Part shown: piece after piece, positions 9,200 through 25,100 of the stretch
How the letters are laid out: each line of letters opens with the position of its first letter
Position numbering within the stretch: position 1 is the stretch's first letter
Source: Thermoanaerobaculia bacterium
Lineage (GTDB): Bacteria > Acidobacteriota > Thermoanaerobaculia > Multivoradales > JAGPDF01
Length of the DNA: 64,000 nt
Direction: 5' to 3'
Assembly: GCA_050186295.1 (NCBI GenBank)
Contig: JBFWYP010000006.1
Location: 65,336-129,335, forward strand
Translations under genes and position numbers: made by a program
The notes under the pieces: generated by a model
The model's database searches: none
The model's input: the letters and a program-made list of their open reading frames with translations, nothing else
Told to the model about the DNA's origin: nothing

Positions 9200-9646
9200 A
9201 TGGGCGCCGATCCGGCCGCGTTCCACGTCGTCGACTACGTGCGCTGGAGCGACGTCGACGCGGCGGGGATCCTCTGCTACGGCGCCTACGTGCGCTTCTT
9301 CGAGGTCGCCGAGACCGAGATCTTCCGCGCCGCGGGCCTGCCCTACGGCAAGGTGTTCGAAGAGCTCGGATTCTGGTTGCCGCGCAAGTCGCTCTCCTTT
9401 GAGTTCGACGCCCCGGCCCTGCTCGACGACCGCCTCGAAGTGGCGATCTGGGTGGCCCGGTTCGGCCGCACCTCACTCCGCTTCGGTTTCGAGATCGCCA
9501 AGCTCGACGAGAGCGGGGCGCGTGCGACGGTCACCGCCCGCGGTCAGGTAGCGATGGTGGCGGTGGACCGGGAGCACCTGCGACCGATCCCGCTGCCGCC
9601 GCGCCTCGTCGATGGCCTGCGACGGTTCGCGGCTGCGGAATCCTGA
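9200..9646 (+). CDS. Hotdog-fold acyl-CoA thioesterase (YbgC/4-hydroxybenzoyl-CoA thioesterase-like)
   Basis: VDYVRWSDVDAAGILCYGAYVRFFEVAETEIF is the canonical 4HBT-fold N-terminus with a catalytic Asp. It starts 3 nt after the UbiA stop. Confidence 0.65.
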   Translation: MGADPAAFHVVDYVRWSDVDAAGILCYGAYVRFFEVAETEIFRAAGLPYGKVFEELGFWLPRKSLSFEFDAPALLDDRLEVAIWVARFGRTSLRFGFEIAKLDESGARATVTARGQVAMVAVDREHLRPIPLPPRLVDGLRRFAAAES

Positions 9647-9704
9647 CGCCCGGCAGGAGGAGGCGCCGGCCGGACCGCACCGGTCGAGCGGATAGAGTCG
9701 CACC

Positions 9705-10763
9705 ATGCCGGCCGGACGCTCCGTATTCGACCTCGCCCGCGAGCTCGGTCACGAGCAGCTCGTGGTGGTCCAGCGGCCCGAAGTCGGCCTGCGGGCGGTC
9801 ATCGCGATCCACGACACGACGTTCGGGCCGGCGATCGGCGGCACCCGGATGCGGCGCTATCCCTCGTTCGACGTGGCGGTCGCCGACGCCCTCCGGCTGT
9901 CGCAGGCGATGACCGCGAAGGCGGTGTTCGCCGGCATGCGGTGCGGCGGCGGCAAGGCGGTCATCGACGGCGACCCCGGCGAGGAGAAGAGTCCGGAGCT
10001 CCTCGCCGCCTACGGCAGTGCCGTGGAGGAGCTCGGCGGGAGGTTCGCCACCGGCTGCGACATGGGGATCGACGTCGCCGACCTGGCGATCCTGGCGCGG
10101 GCGACGAGGTTCGTCGGCTGTACGCCGGGAAATGCTGCGGTCGACGCCTCGGACCTCACGGCGCTCGGCCTGTTCGCGGCGATGCGGGCCGTCGCGGCAC
10201 GGCTCGGGCGGCCTCTCGAAGGCCTCCGGGTCGCCCTGCAGGGGGTGGGTGAGGTGGGGCGTCGCCTGGCGCTCCGGCTCGCCGCCGCCGGCTGCCGACT
10301 GGTCGTTTCGGACGCGCTACCCGAGCGCGCCGCGGCGGTCGCCGGAGAGACCGGCGCCCGGGTGGTCGAGCCCGGGCGGATCTTCGACGAGGCGACGGAC
10401 CTGTTCTCGCCGAATGCCGCCGGCGAGGCGATCGACGACGGCGTCGCGGCGCGGCTCGACTGCCGCGCGGTCGTCGGCGCGGCGAACAATCCTCTGGCGG
10501 ACGAACGGGCGGGCGAGATCCTCGCGCAGCGCGGGATCGTCTACGCGCCCGACTTCGTGGTCAACGCCGGCGGACTGCTCTCGGTCCTCTTCGAACGCGG
10601 GGAGCTCGACGAAGCCGGCATCGTCGAGCGGGTCGAGCGGATCGGCGCCGACCTCGACCGGCTTCTCGACGAGGCCGAGCGCGCGGCCGAGCCGCCCTTC
10701 CGGACCGCCGGCCGCATCGTCGCCGCGCGTCTCGCCGCGGAGCGCTCCGCGCGACGCCGTTGA
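9705..10763 (+). CDS. Glu/Leu/Phe/Val dehydrogenase family protein (leucine dehydrogenase-like)
   Basis: The GGGKAVI signature lysine motif and a C-terminal NAD Rossmann segment GVGEVGRRLA. Confidence 0.7.
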   Translation: MPAGRSVFDLARELGHEQLVVVQRPEVGLRAVIAIHDTTFGPAIGGTRMRRYPSFDVAVADALRLSQAMTAKAVFAGMRCGGGKAVIDGDPGEEKSPELLAAYGSAVEELGGRFATGCDMGIDVADLAILARATRFVGCTPGNAAVDASDLTALGLFAAMRAVAARLGRPLEGLRVALQGVGEVGRRLALRLAAAGCRLVVSDALPERAAAVAGETGARVVEPGRIFDEATDLFSPNAAGEAIDDGVAARLDCRAVVGAANNPLADERAGEILAQRGIVYAPDFVVNAGGLLSVLFERGELDEAGIVERVERIGADLDRLLDEAERAAEPPFRTAGRIVAARLAAERSARRR

Positions 10764-12544
10764 ACGGCGTTCCGCAGCACGCCCTGCTGCGCGGCCCGGA
10801 GGAGGCCGGCGGCTGGCTCGAGTTCGCGGCGCCCGTCGGGGGCGGCTCCGCCGGGAGTCCGGACGAGGTTCCCGCCCTCCTGTCGCGGGCCGAGCAGGCG
10901 ACGCGGGACGGACTCTGGGCGGTGGGCTGGGTGGGCTACGAGGCGGCTCCCGGCTTCGATCGCGCCCTGCCGACCCGTCCGCCGTCCGGGCCCGTCGCCG
11001 CGTTCGGATTCTTCCGTCCGCCCGAACGGCTCGAGCTCGCGGCAGAGGAGGCGTCCGTCGCCGTCACGGGAGCTCTCCGGCCCGTCCTCGACGCCGCCGG
11101 ACACGCGCGGGCGGTGGCCGCGATCCGCGCCGGGATCGCGGCGGGAGAGACCTACCAGGTCAACCTGACCTTTCCCCTCATCGGCCGCCTTGAGGTCGAA
11201 CCGGAAACCGCCTTTCGTCGTCTGGCTGCGGCGGCCGCGAGCCCCCTGGCCGCGTTCCTCGACCTCGGCGGCGAGGCGATCCTGTCGCTCTCGCCGGAGC
11301 TCTTCTTCGACCTCGACGGGGAGCGCATCGTCATGCGTCCGATGAAGGGGACGCGGCCCCGCGGCCGCTACACGGAGGAGGACCGGGCGCTCCGCCGGGA
11401 GCTCGCCGGGTCGGCGAAGGACCGCGCCGAGAACCTGATGATCGTCGACATGGTGCGCAACGACCTCGGACGCATCTCGCGCCCGGGGTCGGTGATCGCC
11501 ACGAGCCTCAACGACCTCGAGCGCTATCCGACCGTCTGGCAGATGACCTCGACGGTGGAGGGGCGCACGACCGCGCCGATGGCGGAGATCTTCGGCGCGC
11601 TCTTTCCGTGCGCATCGATCACCGGAGCGCCGAAGCCGCGGGCAATGGAGTTCATCGCCCGCCTCGAGCCCCAGCCGCGCGGCATCTACTGCGGTGCCAT
11701 CGGCTGGCTGGCGCCGATATCGTCGAAATCGCCGATGCCGCTGTCGGCAGGGGAGGGCCGCCGGGCCCGCTTCTCCGTCGCGATCCGCACCGCCGCGGTC
11801 GACCGGAAGAGCGGTGCGCTGCGCTACGGCGTGGGAAGCGGCATCGTCTGGGACTCCGATCCGGTGGCGGAGTACGACGAGTGCCTGGTCAAGGCGCGCG
11901 GTTTCGAGGCGGAGAGCGAGCCCGCGGCGCTCCTCGAGACGATGCGCTGGGCTCCGTGGTCCGGAGTCCGGCGCTTCTCCCGGCATCTCGCCCGCCTCGC
12001 CGATTCGGCCGACTACTTCGGCCTGCCGTTCGACGAAGGGCGCGTGCGGGCGGCGGTGGCGGAGGTCGTGGCGACGCTGCCGCCGGCGGTGCATCGCCTG
12101 CGCCTGCGGCTCGACCGGAGCGGCGCGCCGTCCCTGGAGGCCGAGCCGCTGGAGCGCGCGGCCCGGAGCTGGCGGGCCGTCCTCGCCGCCGGGCCTGTCG
12201 ACGCCTCCTCGCCGCTCCTGTTCCACAAGACGGTCCGCCGTGAGGTCTACGACCGTACGCTGGCCGAGGCGCGGAGCCGCGGGGCCGACGAGGCGATCCT
12301 CTGGAACGGGCGCGGCGAGCTCACCGAGGGCACGCGGACGAATCTGGCGCTGCGGCTCGACGGCCGCTGGCTGACACCGTCGCGGAGTTCGGGCCTCCTC
12401 GCCGGCGTGCTGCGGGGCGAGCTGCTCGATCGGGGGCGGATCCGCGAGGCGGTCCTGGGGGTCGATGATCTGGCCCGGGCCGAAGCGGTGGCCCTCTTCA
12501 GCGCGCTCCGCGGCTTCCTGCGGGTCGAACTGCTCCCGTCCTAG
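10760..12544 (+). CDS. pabB: Aminodeoxychorismate synthase component I fused to class-IV aminotransferase (ADC-lyase-like): PabB::PabC
   Basis: Chorismate-binding block MKGTRPRG...AENLMIVDMVRNDLGRI...PTVWQM, and a C-terminal ~200 aa with the EGTRTNLAL class-IV aminotransferase fold. Only a TTG start is available at 10760, overlapping the upstream stop. Confidence 0.65.
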   Translation: MNGVPQHALLRGPEEAGGWLEFAAPVGGGSAGSPDEVPALLSRAEQATRDGLWAVGWVGYEAAPGFDRALPTRPPSGPVAAFGFFRPPERLELAAEEASVAVTGALRPVLDAAGHARAVAAIRAGIAAGETYQVNLTFPLIGRLEVEPETAFRRLAAAAASPLAAFLDLGGEAILSLSPELFFDLDGERIVMRPMKGTRPRGRYTEEDRALRRELAGSAKDRAENLMIVDMVRNDLGRISRPGSVIATSLNDLERYPTVWQMTSTVEGRTTAPMAEIFGALFPCASITGAPKPRAMEFIARLEPQPRGIYCGAIGWLAPISSKSPMPLSAGEGRRARFSVAIRTAAVDRKSGALRYGVGSGIVWDSDPVAEYDECLVKARGFEAESEPAALLETMRWAPWSGVRRFSRHLARLADSADYFGLPFDEGRVRAAVAEVVATLPPAVHRLRLRLDRSGAPSLEAEPLERAARSWRAVLAAGPVDASSPLLFHKTVRREVYDRTLAEARSRGADEAILWNGRGELTEGTRTNLALRLDGRWLTPSRSSGLLAGVLRGELLDRGRIREAVLGVDDLARAEAVALFSALRGFLRVELLPS

Positions 12545-13104
12545 GGTCGGGCGGCGTCGCGGGTCCGCCGGAGCTCCTGGAACAGCTCGTCGACGGCGGG
12601 GAAGTCGGAGGGCGGGAAGTTGGCCGGGTTGCTCCAGAACTCGGCCAGACCGCGGTGACCCCAGCGCTCGTAGACGCTCACCTTGATCATCAGCTGGAGC
12701 TTGTCGCAGGCCTTCACGAACCGCGCCTCCACGCTCTCGCCGGCGTCGTACTCGCGGTAGCGCTCGAGGGTCGCGGGATCGGCGGGCGCCAGGATGTCGG
12801 CCGCGGCGCGGCGCTCGGCCTCGTGCTTCGCTCCCGGTGGGAGGTAGGCGCCCGCGGTCCGCGGCAGGTCGCCGATCCGGAGCTCCGCGAGGTCGTGCAC
12901 CAGGGCGAGCTCGATCGCCCGGGTCCGGTCGACCGACGGCTCGCGCGAGGCCAGGAGCCAGACCAGCAGGGCGAGGTGGTACGAGTGTTCGGCGATCGAT
13001 TCGCAGTCCGAGACGCCGCGCAGGAAGTAGCCGCTGCGCGGAATGCGGTCCAGCGTCTGGAGCTCGAGCAGGAGCTCGAGGAGGTTTCCGTTGGCGCCCT
13101 TCAT
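12541..13104 (-). CDS. HD-domain phosphohydrolase (YfbR-like 5'-deoxynucleotidase family)
   Basis: HD motif HSYHLALLV and the downstream D-L-A-E acidic metal-binding residues. It converges on the pabBC end by 4 bp. Confidence 0.65.
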   Translation of the reverse strand: MKGANGNLLELLLELQTLDRIPRSGYFLRGVSDCESIAEHSYHLALLVWLLASREPSVDRTRAIELALVHDLAELRIGDLPRTAGAYLPPGAKHEAERRAAADILAPADPATLERYREYDAGESVEARFVKACDKLQLMIKVSVYERWGHRGLAEFWSNPANFPPSDFPAVDELFQELRRTRDAARP

Positions 13105-13171
13105 CGGTACGGTCCGCTGCGACGGCCGGCCGGAGCGCAGGCGCTCCGCGTACCGCGGCCGGTGCGGCGGC

Positions 13172-13483
13172 TCAGGGCCGCCAGGGAGTGCCGGCGCCGA
13201 GCCAGCCGCGCGTCATGTAGTCCGACATCGTGATCCCGAACATGATGAGCAGGAAGAAGAATCCTCCCGCAGCGACCAGCGGGATCAGGCGGGTGCCGTA
13301 CTTGACGTGCATGAAGAACATGATGACGAGCGTCGCCTTGAGGATGGCGATGCCGAGCATGACGACGTTGTTGAGCGGACCGAGGTCGACGAAGGCGACC
13401 GCGACGGTGGTCGCGGTGAAGAACATCAGAGCCGCGAAGACGGCGAAGTAGACCCGCAGGGGAACGATGTGGTGTTCGGACAT
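13172..13483 (-). CDS. caa3-type cytochrome c oxidase subunit IV
   Basis: A ~100-aa protein with three TM helices (MSEHHIVPLRVYFAVFAALMFF...). It is trimmed from the 300-aa artefactual ORF 13172-14074 and lies directly downstream of cox subunit III. Confidence 0.55.
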   Translation of the reverse strand: MSEHHIVPLRVYFAVFAALMFFTATTVAVAFVDLGPLNNVVMLGIAILKATLVIMFFMHVKYGTRLIPLVAAGGFFFLLIMFGITMSDYMTRGWLGAGTPWRP

Positions 13484-13488
13484 GGTGC

Positions 13489-14154
<666 letters not shown>

Positions 14155-14187
14155 GCGGCGGCTCCTTGTCGTCGCTCTCGAACCGGT

Positions 14188-15830
<1,643 letters not shown>

Positions 15831-15834
<4 letters not shown>

Positions 15835-16805
15835 CGGGCGATCCCCTGGGCGGCGGCGTCGTTGGCTGCCGATTGCGTTGGCGAAAGACTCTTGACGTAG
15901 GTGACCAGCTGATTGAGCGTCTCGTCGGAGAGCTGGCCCTGGAACGACGGCATCAGCGGTTCGTATCCCTGGACGATCTTGGCGGTCGGCATCAGGATCG
16001 ACTCCCGGATGTAGGCGTCGTCGACCAGGACCTTCTCGCCGCTGGCGAGCGTGACCTCGGTACCGACGATGCCGTGCAGGATCGGCCCGCGGCCGCCCGG
16101 CTCGGCCTTGTGGCAGGTGTCGCAGGCGTACTGGGCGAAGAGCTGCGCGCCGGCGCCGCCCGACGACTTCGCGGCCGGAACGCCCGAGAGCCAGGCCTCA
16201 TACTCACCCGGCTCCTGCACCACCACCGTGCCGATCATCTTCGAATGCTCGGCGCCGCAGAACTCGGTGCAGAACAGGTGGTAGCGGCCGGTCTTGGTCG
16301 GTTTGAACCAGAGGCTCGAGGTGCGGCCGGGGACGACGTCCGCCTTCACCCGGAACGCGGGGACGAAGAAGCTGTGGATCACGTCCTCGGACGTCATGAT
16401 GAGTCGCGTCGACTGTCCGACCGGAACGTGGAGCTCGTTGATCTCGCGCTGCCCGGTGGGATGCTGGAGCTTCCACATCCACTGCTTGCCGGTGACGTAG
16501 TACTCGACGGCGTCGGCGGGCGGCTTGTAGAGGCGGAAGAAGACCTTGAGGCCCCAGCCGAAGGTGAAGAGCACGATGAGCAGCGGGATGACCGTCCAGG
16601 TGATCTCGAGGAAGGCGGAGTTCTCGAAGGCGCTGCCGACCTCGTCGGGACTCCGGCGGCGATACTTGATCGCGAAGACGATCACCATGGCGGCGATGAG
16701 CACCGTGAAGAATGTGCTCATTCCGACCAGGAAGAACGTCAGCCGATCGACCTCGCCCGCGAGTTCCGAAGCCTGTTCGGGCACGAAGGGAATCTTGAAA
16801 TTCAT
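15831..16805 (-). CDS. ctaC: Cytochrome c oxidase subunit II with C-terminal cytochrome c domain (caa3 type)
   Basis: CuA centre HSFFVPAF...[12 protein letters not shown] plus a C-terminal CDTCH heme-c motif. ATGA overlap with ctaD. Confidence 0.85.
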
Positions 16806-17707
16806 ACCGAGGCGACTCCTTCAACCGAAGCGCCGGCGCTCCGGTGTTTCCGGCGTTCGCTGCGCAACATCCAGAGGATCGAGCCGAAGAGCACCAGCAG
16901 GGTCACCGTCGCCGCCACCTTGAGCGACAACATGGTGCCGGCGGTGTACTTGCCCAGCGCGGCGTCGTAATTGAAACAGAGCAGGAGGAGCTTCTCGGCG
17001 AGTCCGCCGATCCGCCCTTCGCCGGCCTCGAACAGGGCCAGCTTGAGATCCTTCGGCGCGTACTCGACGCCGTAGAGGTAGCGCGAGATGCGACCGTCGG
17101 CGGTCAGCGCGATGACGCCGCTGGCGTGCGCGTACTGACGGGTGGTCACGTCGTAGGCATAGCGGAAGCCGGCGGCCTCGGTGAGCCGCGCGACGTTTGC
17201 TTCGTCCCCGGTCAGGAAGTGGATTCCGGAAGCGCGCTCCGGGTGGCCGTAGCGCGCCACGATCGCGGCCTTCTTCTCGGCGGCGAGCTCGGCGGTGTCG
17301 GTCGGGTCGAAGCTCACGAAGAGGAGCTCGAACTCGTCTCCCGGAGCGTAGGGAATTCCCTTCATCGACGCCGCGACACCGATCGCCGTCTGCGTGCACA
17401 GGACGGGGCAGCGGTAGTAGACCAGCGCGAGGAGGACCGGCTTCTCGCCGAAGTAGTCACCGAGGCGGACGGCGCGGCCGGTCTCGTCGCGCAGCTCGAG
17501 ATCGAGCGGCACGCTCACGCCGAGGCGCTGGTCGAAGCCGACGCGCTCCTGGATCTGCTGCGCGGTCAGGGCGCCCGGCTGCGACTCCCGGCGGGCGAGA
17601 CCCGGCCCGGTGAACACCTTCTCGGCGACCAGCGGCGCGGCGAGCTGGCTCGAGAGAGCCAGCGCCAGCAGGGCGCGGTGGGCGACGGAGGGGTGCATCG
17701 GACTCAT
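16802..17707 (-). CDS. SCO1/SenC copper chaperone
   Basis: Thioredoxin-fold CPVLC copper-binding motif (YYRCPVLCTQ), a conserved His, and a C-terminal TM anchor. ATGA overlap with ctaC. Confidence 0.8.
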   Translation of the reverse strand: MSPMHPSVAHRALLALALSSQLAAPLVAEKVFTGPGLARRESQPGALTAQQIQERVGFDQRLGVSVPLDLELRDETGRAVRLGDYFGEKPVLLALVYYRCPVLCTQTAIGVAASMKGIPYAPGDEFELLFVSFDPTDTAELAAEKKAAIVARYGHPERASGIHFLTGDEANVARLTEAAGFRYAYDVTTRQYAHASGVIALTADGRISRYLYGVEYAPKDLKLALFEAGEGRIGGLAEKLLLLCFNYDAALGKYTAGTMLSLKVAATVTLLVLFGSILWMLRSERRKHRSAGASVEGVASV

Positions 17708-17717
17708 TCGGCGTGAC

Positions 17718-18185
17718 TCAGTGCCCCGACCCGGGCGCGGTGTGCTCTTCGGCCGCGGCGGCGGCGACGGGCTCCGGCGCAGCGACCGGCGGCGTCGCCG
17801 TGGCGTCGGCGGCCGGCTCGGGCACGGCGAGGCGGTCGATCGCTCTCTCGATCGGCATGTGGGCGATGCCGGCTCGCTGGTCGACCCAGCCCCAGGAGGA
17901 CAGGGCGGCGCTGGTGCTCCGGCGGAGCTCCTGGAGCTCGACCTCTGGCCGGGACTGGAGATGCGGCTCCGGCGGCACCGCTGGAACGCGGGCTTCGGCG
18001 AGCGGTGACGGCTTCGGGTCGGCCCGCTCGGTCCAGCTCCCGAGCGCCTTGTAGAGGAAGTAGCCGACGATCAGGGAGCCGATGGTGATTCCGGCGAGCC
18101 AGGCGGCGATCTCGAGGACCCGCCGGACGTCGATCTCGGAATCGAAACCGCCGGACTGCCCGGGAGACGGAGAGTGACTACTCAT
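17718..18185 (-). CDS. Small single-TM membrane protein of the ACIII-caa3 operon (possible ActG-like)
   Basis: 155 aa with one TM helix (LEIAAWLAGITIGSLIVGYFLY) and a Pro/Ala-rich tail. Assigned by position between actF and sco1; 8-nt overlap with actF. Confidence 0.4.
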   Translation of the reverse strand: MSSHSPSPGQSGGFDSEIDVRRVLEIAAWLAGITIGSLIVGYFLYKALGSWTERADPKPSPLAEARVPAVPPEPHLQSRPEVELQELRRSTSAALSSWGWVDQRAGIAHMPIERAIDRLAVPEPAADATATPPVAAPEPVAAAAAEEHTAPGSGH

Positions 18186-19374
18186 GGCCGAGGGCTTCCT
18201 GGAGGTTGGGGGCGTTGACCGGCAGGAGCGGCGCCTTGGCGAGCTCGCGGGTGAACGCGAAGAGCCAGATGCCGCCGAGCGCCAGGGGAGTCGCGAGATA
18301 GAGCCAGTGGATCGAGAACGCCTCGTGGTGCCAGGTCGGGCGGGAGAGCCACACCAGGTCGACCAGGCGCATGAACAGGACGAATGCCGCGACCCGGGCG
18401 AGCGAACGGGTGCGCTCCTTGACGCCGCGCGAGAGCAGGATCAGGAACGGGAAGAAGAAGTGGAAGACGAGGAGTCCGGCAGCCACCACCCCCCAGCCGC
18501 CGTGGAAGCGCTCCTGGAACCAGATCGCCTCTTCGGGCAGGTTGCCCTGCCACATGATGATGTACTGCGAGATCGAGAGGTAGGTCCAGAACATCACGAA
18601 GGCGAACAAGAGCTTGCCGTAGTCGTGCGAGAGCGTGCGGCTGATCACCGCTTCCATCGGCGCCCGCTGGCGCAGCCAGTTGACGATCAGGATGACGAAC
18701 GACATGCCGGCGAGCGCCTGGCCGGCGACGAAGATCCCGCCGTAGAGGCTCGAGAACCAGTGCGGATCCAGCGACATCAGCCAGTCGAAGCCGAGGAAGG
18801 TGTTGATCACCACCCAGAGCAGCAGACCGACGGCGCTCATGTTGTGCATCGAGCCCTTGATCGCCGGATCGCCCGTGGCGTCCTGGCGCCGCGACTTGGC
18901 GGAGAGGACGTAGGCATAGAGGCTGAAGATCGCGATGGCGAAGATCGTCCGGCCGATGAAGAACGGCACGTTGAGGTAGGGCGCCTTGTGCTCGAGCAGC
19001 GCGTCGCCGGCCACGTGCGCCGGATCGGCCCAGAGGAAGAGCTCCTTCATGCCGAAGAAGAGCGGTATCGCGGCGAGGCCGACAAGGGGCAGGGTGCGCG
19101 AGCCGGCCTCGAGGATGCGGCGTGCCGCGAGGCCCCAGGCGCCGCCCGACAGGTGTTGCATGAGCAGGAAGCCGAGACAGCCGGAGGCGACGGTGTACCA
19201 GAGGAGCCAGGCGACGAGATAGGCCTGGAAGAACTCGGCGCGGGCGACGAAGAGACCGGCGACCGAGGCCGCGGCGGCGACGGCTCCGACGACGAGCGCC
19301 TTGCCACCGAGGCCCGAGAGCGCGCCGGGGGGCGCGACGTCTTCTGCGTGGAGTGGGAAATGGAGCGTCGTCAT
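18178..19374 (-). CDS. actF: Alternative complex III subunit ActF (NrfD/PsrC-like polytopic membrane subunit)
   Basis: A ~400-aa, 10-TM NrfD-like protein paralogous to ActC, in actABCDEF order. Confidence 0.75.
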   Translation of the reverse strand: MTTLHFPLHAEDVAPPGALSGLGGKALVVGAVAAAASVAGLFVARAEFFQAYLVAWLLWYTVASGCLGFLLMQHLSGGAWGLAARRILEAGSRTLPLVGLAAIPLFFGMKELFLWADPAHVAGDALLEHKAPYLNVPFFIGRTIFAIAIFSLYAYVLSAKSRRQDATGDPAIKGSMHNMSAVGLLLWVVINTFLGFDWLMSLDPHWFSSLYGGIFVAGQALAGMSFVILIVNWLRQRAPMEAVISRTLSHDYGKLLFAFVMFWTYLSISQYIIMWQGNLPEEAIWFQERFHGGWGVVAAGLLVFHFFFPFLILLSRGVKERTRSLARVAAFVLFMRLVDLVWLSRPTWHHEAFSIHWLYLATPLALGGIWLFAFTRELAKAPLLPVNAPNLQEALGHE

Positions 19375-19396
19375 AGCGCGGTCGGGAGTCCTCGTT

Positions 19397-20041
19397 CTAG
19401 TGGTGCCCGGCTTCGCCGGAATGGGCGTCGGATTCGGCGGCGACGGGCTGGTCGAGTCGTGCCCGGTCCTCGGGAGCGAGCGTTCCGGCGTCGACGTGCT
19501 GCGAGAGCTGCAGCGCGCGGATGTAGGCCGCGATCGCCCAGCGATCGGCGGGCGGGACCTGCGGCGCGTAGGTCGACATGACGCCGAAACCGTTGGTCAT
19601 GACGTCGAAGAAGTAGCCCACCGGCGCCTCCCGCAGCCGTGCCTCGTGGTACGAGGGGGGCTGCTTGTAGCCGCGCTGGACGACCATCCCGCGGCCGTCG
19701 CCCAGCTTGCCGTGACAGGGGGAGCAGAAGATGTCGTAGCGCTCGCGGCCTCTGAGAAGCAGGGCGCGGGTCATCGGCATCGGCAGTTCGGTCGTCATCG
19801 AGCCGTCGGCGGCACGGCCGGTGAAGAACAGCTTGTCCTCCCGGAGCTCGCCCCGCGCCACGGTGTGGGCGGGAATCTCGCGGATGCCGCTGCCGTCGGC
19901 GAAGAAGTCGCTCGACCGGTACGGCTTGAGCTTCGGCTGATTGTGCATGTCCTGGCGGCAGCCTGCGGCGACGAGCGCCAGTGCAGCCAGGGAGAGAGCG
20001 AGCGCCGGACCGGTCCGGCGGCGGAGGTCAGGACTCGACAT
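19397..20041 (-). CDS. actE: Alternative complex III subunit ActE (lipoprotein monoheme cytochrome c)
   Basis: Lipobox LVAAGC and a single CSPCH heme-binding motif. Confidence 0.7.
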   Translation of the reverse strand: MSSPDLRRRTGPALALSLAALALVAAGCRQDMHNQPKLKPYRSSDFFADGSGIREIPAHTVARGELREDKLFFTGRAADGSMTTELPMPMTRALLLRGRERYDIFCSPCHGKLGDGRGMVVQRGYKQPPSYHEARLREAPVGYFFDVMTNGFGVMSTYAPQVPPADRWAIAAYIRALQLSQHVDAGTLAPEDRARLDQPVAAESDAHSGEAGHH

Positions 20042-20581
20042 CGTGAACCTCCAGGGCGCCGGTGCCGAGCAGGAACTCGCGCGTCGCCGTGCGCTCGAAC
20101 TTCGCGTCCTCGGCCTCGACGCAGAGGAAGAAGCCGTCCCGCGAGGCCTTGCGGCGGAAACTCTCGACGTTGAACACCGGGTGATAGGGCTGCGGCAATC
20201 CGTTGAGCGCCATCATGCCGATCCCCGCCGAGAACGACGCGAGGAGGATGGTGCATTCGAAGATCACCGGGATGAACGCCGGCCAGCTGTTGTACGGCTT
20301 GCCGCCGATGTTCATCGGGTAGTCGATGGTGGAGGTCCAGAACTCGAGGCCCCATCCGCCCAGCGCGCCCATGATGCCGCCGGCGAGACAGATCAGCGGC
20401 ACCCGCGAACGCTGGTGGTTGCAGACCTCTTCCGAGATCGCCTCGACCGGGAACGGAGTGAACGCGTCGATCGCGTTGAATCCCGCCCGCCGTGCCTTGC
20501 GCACGGCCTCGAGCAGCTCCTGCGCCGATCCGTACTCCGCGAGGATGCCGTAAATGCCGGCCGTCGATTCCGTCATGGCAG

Positions 20582-20585
<4 letters not shown>
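20028..20585 (-). CDS. actD: Alternative complex III subunit ActD
   Basis: About 185 aa, with the real start MTAMTESTAGIYGIL... overlapping the actC stop (ATGA). One C-terminal TM helix. Assigned by position and size between actC and actE. Confidence 0.6.
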
Positions 20586-25074
<4,489 letters not shown>

Positions 25075-25100
25075 GTCGGGCTTCACGGATCCCCTGTCAA

